Virus record (IMG/VR): IMGVR_UViG_3300024270_000011
From: a virus
Taxonomy: Duplodnaviria; Heunggongvirae; Uroviricota; Caudoviricetes
Direction: 5' to 3' (one strand)
DNA: 64,000 bases
In this document: positions 52,618 through 62,854 of the stretch, piece after piece
Numbering within the stretch: the first letter of the stretch is position 1
Layout of the letters: each line of letters starts with the position of its first letter
Position numbers and translations under genes: made by a program
Notes under the pieces: model-generated
The model's database searches: none
What the model was told of the DNA's origin: nothing
What the model saw: the letters and a program-made list of their open reading frames with translations, nothing else

Positions 52618-53568
52618 TTAAATAGTTGAATCTGACCAGAAATCATAGTCTGGGAAATAGCTATTATCACCAAAAATATCGAAATAAATGTTGATATAAA
52701 CATCTTCCCAAAATTCTGGCTTAATTAAATATGGTACCAATCTCAAAGGAGCTGCCGCAGTAGAAATACGACCGCTAATTTTGAACTCTGACCATCCAAG
52801 AGCTTCATATGCCGCAATTTCAGGTGGAGTAATCTTATATTGAGAATAAGTTGCTTCATGGAAAGGATTATCTTTTGCAAAACCCGTGCAAATTACTTCT
52901 TCAAAAGAAACATCTTCCCATAACTGTTCCATACCTAATTTAGTATAATGCTGATAAATTCGAGGGCAATCAATGGGACAGGCATCTGTACAAAGTAACT
53001 CTACTCGATGCTTTAATTCCTGAGGAAAGCCTTGAATAAAATCAATATCATTAACCTTTTTACGAGGTACAACAATACGAGGATATTTATCCAATAGCGC
53101 GACATAATCTTCAATTGTGCTACAAGTGTTTTCGCAGCCAGTTGCACCAACAATACTTCTTGTTACATTGGCTTTTGGATATTTATTGCGAATATAATCC
53201 TCAAGACACTGAGCAGAAACTAATACTTCTAATTGCTCATATCCTAAAATCTCAACCGCAACATCTAAAATGCAATTAGCATATCTGTCGTATACATCAG
53301 TTTCCTGTAACATAGGATTAGTAAAAGTTAACTGAATAATAATACCTTGGTCTTTATACCACTGGAATACATTTCTCATGATAGGTTTTGCGGGCGGATA
53401 TTGAATCCAAGTAGACCCTCCATTCCAAATACAGTTAGGGAAACAACCAAAAATATGAGTAATTTTTGCGCCATCTACCCAACACTGTGGATAATACTTT
53501 TGGAACCATAAGAGTCTTTTATACATAACGGCATTTTCATAAAAGCCTGGACAATAAAAGTTCGCCAT
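52618..53568 (-). CDS. hypothetical Cys-rich protein
   Basis: 316-aa ORF with scattered Cys (CTDACPIDCP). No recognizable family. Confidence 0.5.
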   Translation of the reverse strand: MANFYCPGFYENAVMYKRLLWFQKYYPQCWVDGAKITHIFGCFPNCIWNGGSTWIQYPPAKPIMRNVFQWYKDQGIIIQLTFTNPMLQETDVYDRYANCILDVAVEILGYEQLEVLVSAQCLEDYIRNKYPKANVTRSIVGATGCENTCSTIEDYVALLDKYPRIVVPRKKVNDIDFIQGFPQELKHRVELLCTDACPIDCPRIYQHYTKLGMEQLWEDVSFEEVICTGFAKDNPFHEATYSQYKITPPEIAAYEALGWSEFKISGRISTAAAPLRLVPYLIKPEFWEDVYINIYFDIFGDNSYFPDYDFWSDSTI

Positions 53569-53598
53569 AAAAAATCTCCTTTTTCTCTTATTACTATA

Positions 53599-53627
53599 AT
53601 TATACCATATTTTTAATTAAAAATCAA
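53599..53627 (-). promoter_or_regulatory. SigA-type promoter module
   Basis: TTGATT-N17-TGgTATAAT. Confidence 0.6.
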
Positions 53628-53628
53628 T

Positions 53629-54024
53629 TTACCAATCTTCGTTTTGCAAATCTTCAACTCGACATCTCTCTTCATAAATTGCCTCTTGCATAATGGTTTG
53701 TGCCCAAGGGGTTAAAGCTGGACGGCTATTAACCCTTGTGCGAATTATATCAGAAGGATATCTATTATACAAGAAGTATCTTTCCATTCTGCCATCGGAA
53801 TAGAAAATCAATCTTTCTTTCCAAAGAAGAGGAGTTGTACCTTCCATATCTTCTGCCATAACAGCGATATTGTCTACTGGCTTAATAATTTCTTGAGTGA
53901 AAGAATCAATCTTTCCACCATTAGCAAGCCATTCTTTTGTGATAATAGTAAAATTTTCATCAGCATTACCAATGCCATAGGCATCGTCAACAAAAATTTT
54001 ATCTAAATTCTGCCATTCGCTCAT
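53629..54024 (-). CDS. hypothetical protein
   Basis: 131-aa ORF immediately 3' of the first rSAM gene. Confidence 0.45.
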   Translation of the reverse strand: MSEWQNLDKIFVDDAYGIGNADENFTIITKEWLANGGKIDSFTQEIIKPVDNIAVMAEDMEGTTPLLWKERLIFYSDGRMERYFLYNRYPSDIIRTRVNSRPALTPWAQTIMQEAIYEERCRVEDLQNEDW

Positions 54025-55450
54025 GACGCTCCTCCTCCATTACATTTTCATATAAACGAATAAGATTCTGCGCATTTGGATAAAATACATGGTAAGGAGA
54101 AATGTTTTCTTTTAACCAATCCAAAAATCCTAAATCATGGTAACGTTTAATCAAATGCTTAATCTTACTCTTTAAGAAGTTGCAAACCGTAGGGTCTAAA
54201 TGATATGGGTCATTAAATTTTTCCATTTGTTGACCAGGGCATCCACCCATACAATATCTATTATAGAAACAAGAGTCGCAACCTAAAGTTCCCACATGGT
54301 TATTTACCATTAGATTTCTAATAGCCTGATGAGGATTATTAGATTTAATACCTGTAATTGCCCCATTTTCAACAGTAAACCAACCATATAGATTTTTATT
54401 ATAAGCAGTTCTATGGCAAGGGCAAATTGCTAAATCACCTAAACGAACTGTTAAAGTATTTTGTAACGTACATCCAAGAAATTCATCAGTTTCTGCTAAA
54501 TGATAAGGCGTATATGCACTCATTTCTTCGTCTTCGATAGCTAACAAATTCTTATCATAATAAGTTTGGTTAATACCAAAACCGAAAATACAAGCTTTAA
54601 TTGGGTCATTATCATTACGCTCTAAAAGACCATCAATTAAAATATCCTCAAAATCTAAGAACGCTTGAATTTTCTCTGGAGTCCAGTCTCCATTTCTTAC
54701 TTCAAGCATCATAACTTCTCCAAGAGTCAAGCCATATTTCTTTAGCATTTCTTTCCACCACTTATAATTCTCTGGCCACATTTCAATAGAGGCTGCCGCA
54801 ATCATCGGATGGAAGCCAAATCCATTGTGCTTAGAAAATGAAAACGCCATATCATAAAAGTCATCATCATGAGTAATTTTCGCATTGACATTAGGGCGAA
54901 TATCATTATCTACATACTTTCCATCAATAGAGATAGAGAAAATAAGTGGAACACCAATAGCTCTAAACTTGTCAATATATCCTTGAATAATTGCAGCTCT
55001 CTTACGGTCTTTAAGAAAACTGCAGTTAGAAGGAATCATGAACTGGCGCACTTGCAATCCAGCTAAAAGATAATCAAAAGTAATATCTAAGATATCAGTT
55101 CCAAATTTACTATGCCAGATTTCGCCAGTATAAAACTCAATCTGAGGAATACAATAATTATTTGCAATAACCCAGTCATAAAAAATTTTAAGGTTTTCTT
55201 TGATTTGCTCTGGGTTTAAAAATTCCTTTGGATAAAGGTCAGGATATTTAACCAAATAACAATACTCACACTTTTGGTTACACTGAGAAGTAATAAATAA
55301 CTCCACATGCCCACGAGGTACATCCATCGCACTATTATTTGGTCTCCAAGTAGAGAAGAATCGTTTATCTAATACAACTTGCAATAATTTATCTTGTTCT
55401 TGCTGGAATAATTCCTTGTCGTCATGAATATTTACAATCACATTATCCAT
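53999..55450 (-). CDS. radical SAM enzyme with C-terminal SPASM domain
   Basis: 483 aa. Radical SAM CNQKCEYC (CxxxCxxC). C-terminal GCDSCFYNRYCMGGCPG (C-x2-C-x5-C-x3-C SPASM) plus upstream CPCH. Confidence 0.75.
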   Translation of the reverse strand: MDNVIVNIHDDKELFQQEQDKLLQVVLDKRFFSTWRPNNSAMDVPRGHVELFITSQCNQKCEYCYLVKYPDLYPKEFLNPEQIKENLKIFYDWVIANNYCIPQIEFYTGEIWHSKFGTDILDITFDYLLAGLQVRQFMIPSNCSFLKDRKRAAIIQGYIDKFRAIGVPLIFSISIDGKYVDNDIRPNVNAKITHDDDFYDMAFSFSKHNGFGFHPMIAAASIEMWPENYKWWKEMLKKYGLTLGEVMMLEVRNGDWTPEKIQAFLDFEDILIDGLLERNDNDPIKACIFGFGINQTYYDKNLLAIEDEEMSAYTPYHLAETDEFLGCTLQNTLTVRLGDLAICPCHRTAYNKNLYGWFTVENGAITGIKSNNPHQAIRNLMVNNHVGTLGCDSCFYNRYCMGGCPGQQMEKFNDPYHLDPTVCNFLKSKIKHLIKRYHDLGFLDWLKENISPYHVFYPNAQNLIRLYENVMEEERHERMAEFR

Positions 55451-56819
55451 TCGATCTTACTCTCCTTTCTCCTTCTTCAATATAAGCTTTCGCTCCGTTT
55501 AATAATAACTTAAACAAACCAACAGGTGTCAAGCTATGAGAACCTGTTACATTATAATTATCCTTGATACAATAAGAAGAATGACCTGCCATAAAATGCG
55601 CAGCACGCAACGCTTCATCTTCATTCAAGTATTTTCTTTCAATCTCATCTGCAAGAGCGAGAGTACGAATCAAAGCGGTCGTGTTAACCATTCGCGCAGT
55701 TGACCATGGATGGTTATAATAACCCATAAATCTCTCATGCTCTTTATAACCTTCTGCATCCAACACATATACAGGACCATCTTCATTTACCCACTGGTTA
55801 AAGTTAATAGTACCATCTTCAACACGTCCAGAAGATTGTGCAAACTTCTTATAGTCTTCATATAATGAAGTAAATCCTTCATGGCAAGTAGATACCAGAT
55901 TATCTGGCAATAAACAAACCATAATAGACCCACTGCCGCACAAAGTAGAACAGTGTTCATATGTTGCATTTAAAGGCATTGGTTCGCCAAAATAAGGCAT
56001 GATACTTTCATAGTATCTAAAGTAATGGTTTCTATAATTCTCAACTTCAATTTCATTGCAAAGACGACAGAACTCAGCAAAGATTTCGCCATCTTTCTTA
56101 GTGACTGGCGCAGGTACGGCAGTGTTAGGTACTGTACAAGACATCAATACATTTGGCAGATTTAACTCATTGATTCTCAAATAAAAATTCTCAAAAAATT
56201 GGAAATACTCAATAATCTTTTGCTTATCGCAAAGTTCTCTTACTGAATAAGTATCCAAAGTCTGCTTGAATACGATTTCTAAAACAACATTATTTGGAAG
56301 TCTTTCAGGAATCATATCCATTAACTTATTGAAATTTTCAATACATCTCTTGGTTACGCCCTTACCTCTATTTGGGTCATTGATATACTCAGGACCGTCC
56401 ATAGAAAGCTGTAAAGTGAATCTAAAAGTTCTTTCTGGGTACTTGGCAAACTGGTCAGTTAAACCAAATACTTTATTTGTCCACTCTGGATATGAGAAGT
56501 TTGTAGAAGAGAAGAACTGGTCGAAATATGGATAATATTCAATAACTTGAGTAATCAAATTATAAATTCTTTCCATATGCAAAAATGGCTCTCCACCCCA
56601 AGTTTCAATCTTACGAAGCTGGTCAATATTTGGAAACCACTCTTTCATTTGGTTAAAATAGTAATCGCCTTCAAAACTCTCTGCTAACTTTTCATCAATC
56701 TTAGCTAACACAGGATTCTTATCGATGTTACAATATCTACATTTTAGATTGCAGGTGCCGCAGGTGTAAAACACCGCGACACTGCGCTCTTTATTCATAC
56801 AATTTAATCCGCATTTCAT
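55443..56819 (-). CDS. radical SAM enzyme, SPASM/twitch-like C-terminus
   Basis: 458 aa. CNLKCRYC near N-terminus. C-terminal Cys cluster CSTLCGSGSIMVC...TCHEG. Confidence 0.7.
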   Translation of the reverse strand: MKCGLNCMNKERSVAVFYTCGTCNLKCRYCNIDKNPVLAKIDEKLAESFEGDYYFNQMKEWFPNIDQLRKIETWGGEPFLHMERIYNLITQVIEYYPYFDQFFSSTNFSYPEWTNKVFGLTDQFAKYPERTFRFTLQLSMDGPEYINDPNRGKGVTKRCIENFNKLMDMIPERLPNNVVLEIVFKQTLDTYSVRELCDKQKIIEYFQFFENFYLRINELNLPNVLMSCTVPNTAVPAPVTKKDGEIFAEFCRLCNEIEVENYRNHYFRYYESIMPYFGEPMPLNATYEHCSTLCGSGSIMVCLLPDNLVSTCHEGFTSLYEDYKKFAQSSGRVEDGTINFNQWVNEDGPVYVLDAEGYKEHERFMGYYNHPWSTARMVNTTALIRTLALADEIERKYLNEDEALRAAHFMAGHSSYCIKDNYNVTGSHSLTPVGLFKLLLNGAKAYIEEGERRVRSNG

Positions 56820-56834
56820 ATGTCAAAACTCTCC

Positions 56835-57839
56835 TTATGGTTTATAACTATTCATAATATCAATAACCGTTACATTAGATTTAGCCTGGTGAGAATTAGT
56901 GTTACTATGAGCACTGTTTGAACAGGTCTGTGAGTTAGTGACATTGGAATTTGTTTGGCTGTGAGCACTATTAGAACAAGTCTGACCATGTGTACTATGG
57001 CTTCTGCTCTGGCTGTGCGCACTATTAGAACAACCCTGGCTATGAGCACTGTTAGAACAAGTATTACTGTTATATCCATTACTATTGGTATTACCATTGG
57101 TTCCGTTTGAACAAGTATTACTGTGACTACCATTAGTTCCACAAGTACCATTAGATTTATACTGATAAGAACATTGGTCAGTATAGAATCTACTACTATG
57201 ATGCTTCAATCCATTGCCACGTGCACCGTAGGAGTTGCTACCATTAGAACAAGATTGACCATGAGAACTATTGCTATTGGTATTGCTATTATAGCCGTGG
57301 CTATTTGTATTTCCATGAGTACCATTAGAACAGGTGTTACTATGGCTACCATTGGAACAAGTGTTGCTATTAGAGCCGTTTGTACAAGTGTTACTATTTG
57401 TACTATTGGAACAAGTATTACTGTTTGATGTGTTAGAGTTATTATTGCTATGAGCACTATTAGAACAAGTTTGGCTGTTTGTTCCATTAGAATGATTCTG
57501 GTTACTGTGAGTATAAGAGTTACGACACTTAATAGTTTCCAGTTTAGCAATAACTGCTTCTAACTGGTTACCCGTATTCGCATAAATGATTGTACCTATT
57601 CCAACAGTAGAATATGTTGGGTATAAGTTTGCATTTGAACCCAGGTAACTATCTGCTTTCATGGCATTTAATTTAGCCACAAGATTATTTACATCGGAGG
57701 CTTTTGCGGGAGTAGCAGAAGGAACAGCAATCGTAGCCATACCTCCGCCATATTTCGTAATTACAGAATTAAGTCTATCATACCAATTTTTAATTTGCGC
57801 GCTGTATAATAGTCTATCGCCGCGACTTACTGTAGGCAT
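56835..57839 (-). CDS. Cys/Ser/Thr/Asn-rich repeat protein (~20 TCSN(S/G)xxS repeats); candidate RiPP precursor/substrate
   Basis: 334 aa. ~110-aa non-repetitive N-terminal region followed by degenerate repeats such as SNTCSNGSHSNTCSNGTHGNTNS. The nucleotide sequence is also internally repetitive. Overlapping ORFs 57123-57428(+) and 57206-57550(-) are out-of-frame artefacts. Confidence 0.55.
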   Translation of the reverse strand: MPTVSRGDRLLYSAQIKNWYDRLNSVITKYGGGMATIAVPSATPAKASDVNNLVAKLNAMKADSYLGSNANLYPTYSTVGIGTIIYANTGNQLEAVIAKLETIKCRNSYTHSNQNHSNGTNSQTCSNSAHSNNNSNTSNSNTCSNSTNSNTCTNGSNSNTCSNGSHSNTCSNGTHGNTNSHGYNSNTNSNSSHGQSCSNGSNSYGARGNGLKHHSSRFYTDQCSYQYKSNGTCGTNGSHSNTCSNGTNGNTNSNGYNSNTCSNSAHSQGCSNSAHSQSRSHSTHGQTCSNSAHSQTNSNVTNSQTCSNSAHSNTNSHQAKSNVTVIDIMNSYKP

Positions 57840-57843
57840 ACTG

Positions 57844-59649
57844 TTACTCCTCCTTTACGCTAAAATATGCTTTTACAATATTATCGTAAATATCACTATT
57901 GTAAAAGGCAGAAGTTGGATAGAAATAACAATCCATCAATGCAATGTCCATATTAGGTACATCTTCAATTTGAGGATAAGTTAATTCTGTACCAAACAAA
58001 GTTTTGAAAATATCTTTAATCTCTTTATTGCTGTATCCATTACACTTATATACCATAATAGAAGCATATAATTTCTGGATGCCATAAAGATAACTCTTTG
58101 GATTAACAGTTGGAATTTGACCATTATTTCCATTATTTAACATTTGCTCAACAGAGAACATTGGTGAAATACCTTCTCCATTAAACAGACAGCTATCATA
58201 AGTTGACAATAATAAATCGCCAAAATGTTCATAATCATTTGTATTAGCAGATAAGTTTCTAAATAAGTTATACTCATTATAAAGCTTATCATAATACTCT
58301 TGGTCACCAATATGGTCAGTTAAGTCACAAATTAAAGAGGTTAAATTTTGCATTCTTTCAAACATTATAAGCAATGCTTGAACAATAATAGGACTAATGA
58401 AACGAGCATTCTTTTCACGAATTTGTTCAATAGAACAAAAATCTGGTCCTAAAATATAAACAGCTGCCATCTCATTTGGGATAGGACTGCAATTATAATA
58501 AAAGAATTCATAACCCAAATCTTTGGAGAGCTTTTTATAGTAATCCAATAAATTCACATTTGTACTATCAGGATTTACGAACACTTTACTTTCATATGCC
58601 AAAACATCATAAGGAACATACTCTACTTTTTCAGTAATAAATTCATCATGAATATAATTAGCTTGAGAATAATTGTTTCCATAGAAATTCAAAACAAAAG
58701 ATGCTTTATTTGTTTTTGCAGGAACTTCAAAACCAGAGCAATACATTCTCATATTATCAATACCTTGATATAACTCAGTTAAAATTCTTTCAAATGCGAT
58801 ATCAAAAACTGGAAAGGCACTGAAGTTTACACGGCAATTACAACCAATTTTATCAATTAACAAACCAGCTAATACTGGCATGCCAAAATTATGGGATAAA
58901 TCCATAACAATAAAATCAAACTCTCGATTAACGATATTACTTACTGCTTCTCTAAAATCTTCTCTTGTAATTGTTTCAAGGTCAACCGCACGATAATGCT
59001 CTTGTGGCTGACTATAAAATAATACAGTTCCCTTGCGCTCAAAAAGCTCGGACAAACCTTGATTCAAAGCTTCTTCTTCTGTATTACCAGCCGCCATACC
59101 ATTACTACCAGTAGCACGCTGCATAATACTTGGGTCTAAATACTTAACCTTTGTGGGGTCAGAAACGCTTGTAAAAGGAACGCCGATTGCGCCATCAGGA
59201 TAATTGATTTCAAAGAACTTCTTCATATTTTCATCAGATTTCAAGAATGTTCTATAATATTGGTCTAAAATATGATTCTCAATAACCATATCATAAGCAT
59301 CAATCTTCTTTTCTTCTGGACAATATACATAGTCTTCTCTCAAGGCTCTAATTTTTCTTTGGAAGTAAGGATTGTTAATATATCCTACTTTATTGGAAAA
59401 ACGCTCGAACATTTCACTGTAGCCGCTGGCCAAAGCGAATTCTTGAGTCATACCCTTGCCATTACTACCAAGAACCTCTAAGTTATTGGAAGAAATAGTT
59501 ACATGGCAAGTCCAAGTCCCAATTTCAGTCTGGAACATTGTATGTCCGATTTTAAATCCACTATTCTCGAAAAATGATTTAATTAAATTGACTGTATCCA
59601 TCGGACTACGGTCTTTATATTTATTCGATAATAGATTCTCTGACATCAT
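57844..59649 (-). CDS. ycaO: YcaO-domain protein (E. coli YcaO-like, ~600 aa)
   Basis: 601 aa. LGSNGKGMTQEFALASGYSEMFERFS and GSNGMAAGNTEEEALNQGLSELFER match the two ATP-binding signature blocks of E. coli YcaO (FTNGKGATKKAALASALGEYFERLS; VSNGMSAGNTRNEARVQGLSEVFER). Confidence 0.8.
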   Translation of the reverse strand: MMSENLLSNKYKDRSPMDTVNLIKSFFENSGFKIGHTMFQTEIGTWTCHVTISSNNLEVLGSNGKGMTQEFALASGYSEMFERFSNKVGYINNPYFQRKIRALREDYVYCPEEKKIDAYDMVIENHILDQYYRTFLKSDENMKKFFEINYPDGAIGVPFTSVSDPTKVKYLDPSIMQRATGSNGMAAGNTEEEALNQGLSELFERKGTVLFYSQPQEHYRAVDLETITREDFREAVSNIVNREFDFIVMDLSHNFGMPVLAGLLIDKIGCNCRVNFSAFPVFDIAFERILTELYQGIDNMRMYCSGFEVPAKTNKASFVLNFYGNNYSQANYIHDEFITEKVEYVPYDVLAYESKVFVNPDSTNVNLLDYYKKLSKDLGYEFFYYNCSPIPNEMAAVYILGPDFCSIEQIREKNARFISPIIVQALLIMFERMQNLTSLICDLTDHIGDQEYYDKLYNEYNLFRNLSANTNDYEHFGDLLLSTYDSCLFNGEGISPMFSVEQMLNNGNNGQIPTVNPKSYLYGIQKLYASIMVYKCNGYSNKEIKDIFKTLFGTELTYPQIEDVPNMDIALMDCYFYPTSAFYNSDIYDNIVKAYFSVKEE

Positions 59650-59672
59650 AAAACTCCTTCCTTTTTAATTAT

Positions 59673-59701
59673 ATTATAACATAAATTTTATGTTAAGTCA
59701 A
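59673..59701 (-). promoter_or_regulatory. SigA-type promoter module (TTGACT) driving ycaO-rSAM operon
   Basis: TTGACT-N17-TGTTATAAT. Confidence 0.6.
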
Positions 59702-59828
59702 GACAAAGCTGAATTGTCTCCTGTATACTATAAAATTCATTATAGATAAATTGTTAACTTCTAACCAAAACTATTAAAGAGGTATGTGAATCCCTTCACA
59801 CACCTCTTATCTTTCGTCCAAATTTCAA

Positions 59829-60149
59829 TTATAGACCAAGTCTCGCCATTAAATCTGCAACAGTCTGCTTTTCTTCATCGGAAATTTCAGCTGGCTCGAA
59901 AGAGGTCTGTGCAACAACCGGCGCACCCATATTTTCAAAATCAAGGTCGCCACCGAAATCTAAAGCTGCAGGATTAACTGCACCTACTGGATTTTTAGGA
60001 CAGGTCATAGAAATAGCAATCTGAATTTTCTCGCCGTTCTCTTGTGCCCACACATACACTTTCTTATCATATTCACCAACAAAATCTGCTCCAAAAGCAG
60101 CTTGGATTTTCTTGACTACATTAGCCTTTGCTTCTGCACCCTTTGCCAT
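59829..60149 (-). CDS. hypothetical protein
   Basis: 106-aa ORF. Confidence 0.45.
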   Translation of the reverse strand: MAKGAEAKANVVKKIQAAFGADFVGEYDKKVYVWAQENGEKIQIAISMTCPKNPVGAVNPAALDFGGDLDFENMGAPVVAQTSFEPAEISDEEKQTVADLMARLGL

Positions 60150-60316
60150 ATGCTCTTTCTCCTTTTACTTTCTCTTGATTATATTAACACCATCAAACTT
60201 GACTGAGTAAACGGCAAACCAGAACGCCGCAATCAACCAATATGAAGTTTGACGTTGCGCTTCAATTCCTCTATAAGGATAATTGAAGCCGTCAATTATA
60301 TATTTCATACCCATAT

Positions 60317-61729
60317 TTAGAACGGTAGCAATGAGCTAAAAAACTCTTGCATCCTTTCTTGTCTATCGTCATTATCAGAGTGACAATGCTCACAACGATA
60401 GTCATGATTTTTCTTGTCATACACTATATCGCTATTCCAATAAAGTTCTCCGCAATTATCACAGGTTCTACATTCTCTATTGGCACATTCTTCACAAACA
60501 TTTTCTCCTGAAGATTCGACGTACCAAGAATCATCATATAAAATTCTTCGTCCACAACAAGAGCAGGTGATGTAGGCTTCATCTTCAGAACTCCCATACT
60601 CGAGTTCGCAATCTCGACAAAGCATATCATCTGTCTGAGCGACCGGATATTCGCCGCAGCGCAAACAAGGAATTTCGCCACCAATCAAAAAGTGAATCTC
60701 TTTATGACCACTGAAATATGATTTATTCCAACAGTAATATGGAATATAACAAGAACTTCTCAACAAATCATTGAAGTGCATCGGATTTTCACAGTCTTCA
60801 ATCAGCTCTTCTTTAGGATACAATCTCCCTCGAATTGGAAGATATGGACTCCTGAAGTACATCTCATCTTCATGTTCCTCATCTCCAGCAAAATTGAAGT
60901 TGCGCAATTCATCATTATGCCACTTACTCCACTGTCCGTGGAACTTAAACACATTCATAGAGTGATACAATACTGATTCTAAAGCAGTTTCACTAAAGAA
61001 TGGATATTGCCTGCCCGCAAACATTGCATTCCAAGCATCGCTAAGGAACAATAACATTCTCCATTTCTTAGAGTTCCAAGGAACATCACTTGGGAAATTC
61101 GGCAAATGGTTATCGTCTTTGTCACTCTTTAAGTAACAAATAACAGTAGACTTATCCATCATATAAGATAAATTGCCGCAACGATATTCGCCATCAAGCG
61201 CATGACAAGAGCGCCAGTTGTATGTGTTTTCACTCGTACTTAAAAAGTCCAAAGGATGAACTGAAAAACACAACCAGCCTTCTACCTTATCCTCTTGGAT
61301 AATCATACTTGCACGATTCTGAATTTCTTCCAAAGTAATCTTGTCATCTTCAAAGAACTTAAAAGCCTTAACGAGCTTCATGCCCTTCGGAATCTTTTCA
61401 CCCCTTGGCGCAGTAAAACTCTCAACGACAACATTACTGAAAAAACCGTCTTTATTTTCATCAATGAAACAAGCCAAATCATTGTTTCTCCAAGTCATAG
61501 AAACAGACTCGATAAACTCATTAACTCGATTCATTTTCTCTTTATAGCTCAGTTCAAAACTGACTTTTTGTGGAATGGTATAAATAAGACGCCCATCCAT
61601 CGCTTCAATAATGTCTCTCTTAGCCTCAAGCCATCTGCTAAAAAGCTCGTCAGTTTGGGGTTCATTAATGCCCTGAGAATGTGAAATAACTTTATTAAAT
61701 TGCTCTTGGATTTCTTTAATATTAACCAT
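60317..61729 (-). CDS. hypothetical protein with C-terminal multi-Cys zinc-finger region
   Basis: 470 aa. C-terminal 120 aa has >20 Cys in CxxC pairs. Confidence 0.5.
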   Translation of the reverse strand: MVNIKEIQEQFNKVISHSQGINEPQTDELFSRWLEAKRDIIEAMDGRLIYTIPQKVSFELSYKEKMNRVNEFIESVSMTWRNNDLACFIDENKDGFFSNVVVESFTAPRGEKIPKGMKLVKAFKFFEDDKITLEEIQNRASMIIQEDKVEGWLCFSVHPLDFLSTSENTYNWRSCHALDGEYRCGNLSYMMDKSTVICYLKSDKDDNHLPNFPSDVPWNSKKWRMLLFLSDAWNAMFAGRQYPFFSETALESVLYHSMNVFKFHGQWSKWHNDELRNFNFAGDEEHEDEMYFRSPYLPIRGRLYPKEELIEDCENPMHFNDLLRSSCYIPYYCWNKSYFSGHKEIHFLIGGEIPCLRCGEYPVAQTDDMLCRDCELEYGSSEDEAYITCSCCGRRILYDDSWYVESSGENVCEECANRECRTCDNCGELYWNSDIVYDKKNHDYRCEHCHSDNDDRQERMQEFFSSLLPF

Positions 61730-61731
61730 GT

Positions 61732-62787
61732 TTATTTATTCCCCTTGCCTTTTTTCTTTTTATCGGACTTAGGCTTTGGATTCTTTGCGCAGTCGGGGCA
61801 AACATCCACAAGACTAATATCAGTACCAGGTTCAACCTCAAATGGCTCTTGACAATATTTACACCAAGATACATTATCAACTAAACAGTCAGGACAATAC
61901 CAGCCTGTCTTACCATCTAAGAGTTTAACTGGAAATACTTCTTCTTCGAGGAAGGTCTTATGACACTTCGTACAAACGACTTCATCATCATATGGATAGG
62001 AGTAACAACCGTACCCATACGCTTTAGAGTAGTAGTTTTCTTCCCACCCATCTTTCTTCCAGTTTTTCCAATTCCAAGCGTAGGGACTGGGAATATACTT
62101 GAAGAAAGGAATTTCTTCCTCGTCCAACATCTTTTTAACTTTTTCGATTGTTGCGAACATAGGGCTTACAAACAAAAGTTCTTGATGACTGTGTTCATCA
62201 CGGTATCCAATAGACAGATTTACACCAGCAACTCCCCATTCAGGACAAAACTCACAGATGTCAGAAAAGCTACCATAGGCCTCAGTAAAGCCGAACTGCT
62301 CAACATAATCAACAAACTGAGGGTTCTCACAATCATAGAATACACAGTCATTTGTACCACGTCTATCCAGTTCAATAACATACTTCAAATCCTCAAAAGG
62401 ACAGCTTAATTTTGCAAGTTCTCCAGCACCCAAACAACCTTTTTCTTCATCGGTGGTAAGGATTACATGAGGACGGTAACCTGCACGCAGAATCTGAATA
62501 ATTGCATACACACCAGCTCTATCATCTGCACCCAATCCTTCAGGACTCCAAATTACATTCTTGCGAGTATCATAAAACATTTCAGAAACTGGCTTGTCAA
62601 AGACAGTATCCATATGCGCCGTCAAAGCAATCGGAATCTCACCAACCGCAACAATATAATCCTTGGTTTCAATAACCTTGCTATACTTCTTTCTGAGGAA
62701 ATTGGACATTACCTTTTTCAAAGCCGGTTGCTTTAAAGATACGATTTGTTCAAAAGTCTTCAATTCATTTTCTCGTAAAATTCTCAT
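61732..62787 (-). CDS. M20/M28/M42-type metallopeptidase-like domain fused to C-terminal zinc ribbons
   Basis: 351 aa. Metal-ligand pattern AHMDTV...GADDRAG...TDEEKG...ELDRRG. C-terminal CxxC x4. Confidence 0.5.
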   Translation of the reverse strand: MRILRENELKTFEQIVSLKQPALKKVMSNFLRKKYSKVIETKDYIVAVGEIPIALTAHMDTVFDKPVSEMFYDTRKNVIWSPEGLGADDRAGVYAIIQILRAGYRPHVILTTDEEKGCLGAGELAKLSCPFEDLKYVIELDRRGTNDCVFYDCENPQFVDYVEQFGFTEAYGSFSDICEFCPEWGVAGVNLSIGYRDEHSHQELLFVSPMFATIEKVKKMLDEEEIPFFKYIPSPYAWNWKNWKKDGWEENYYSKAYGYGCYSYPYDDEVVCTKCHKTFLEEEVFPVKLLDGKTGWYCPDCLVDNVSWCKYCQEPFEVEPGTDISLVDVCPDCAKNPKPKSDKKKKGKGNK

Positions 62788-62825
62788 TCACAACAACCTA
62801 CCTCTCTTCATATTCTTATATATAT

Positions 62826-62854
62826 ATTATATCAAAAATTTAATAAAAAATCAA
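62826..62854 (-). promoter_or_regulatory. SigA-type promoter module
   Basis: TTGATT-N17-TGaTATAAT. Confidence 0.6.

Noticed and set aside
57123-57550. ORFs 57123-57428 (+) and 57206-57550 (-) inside the repeat region
   Set aside because: Out-of-frame or antisense readings of the internally repetitive 56835-57839 gene. The repeat periodicity creates long open frames in several phases.
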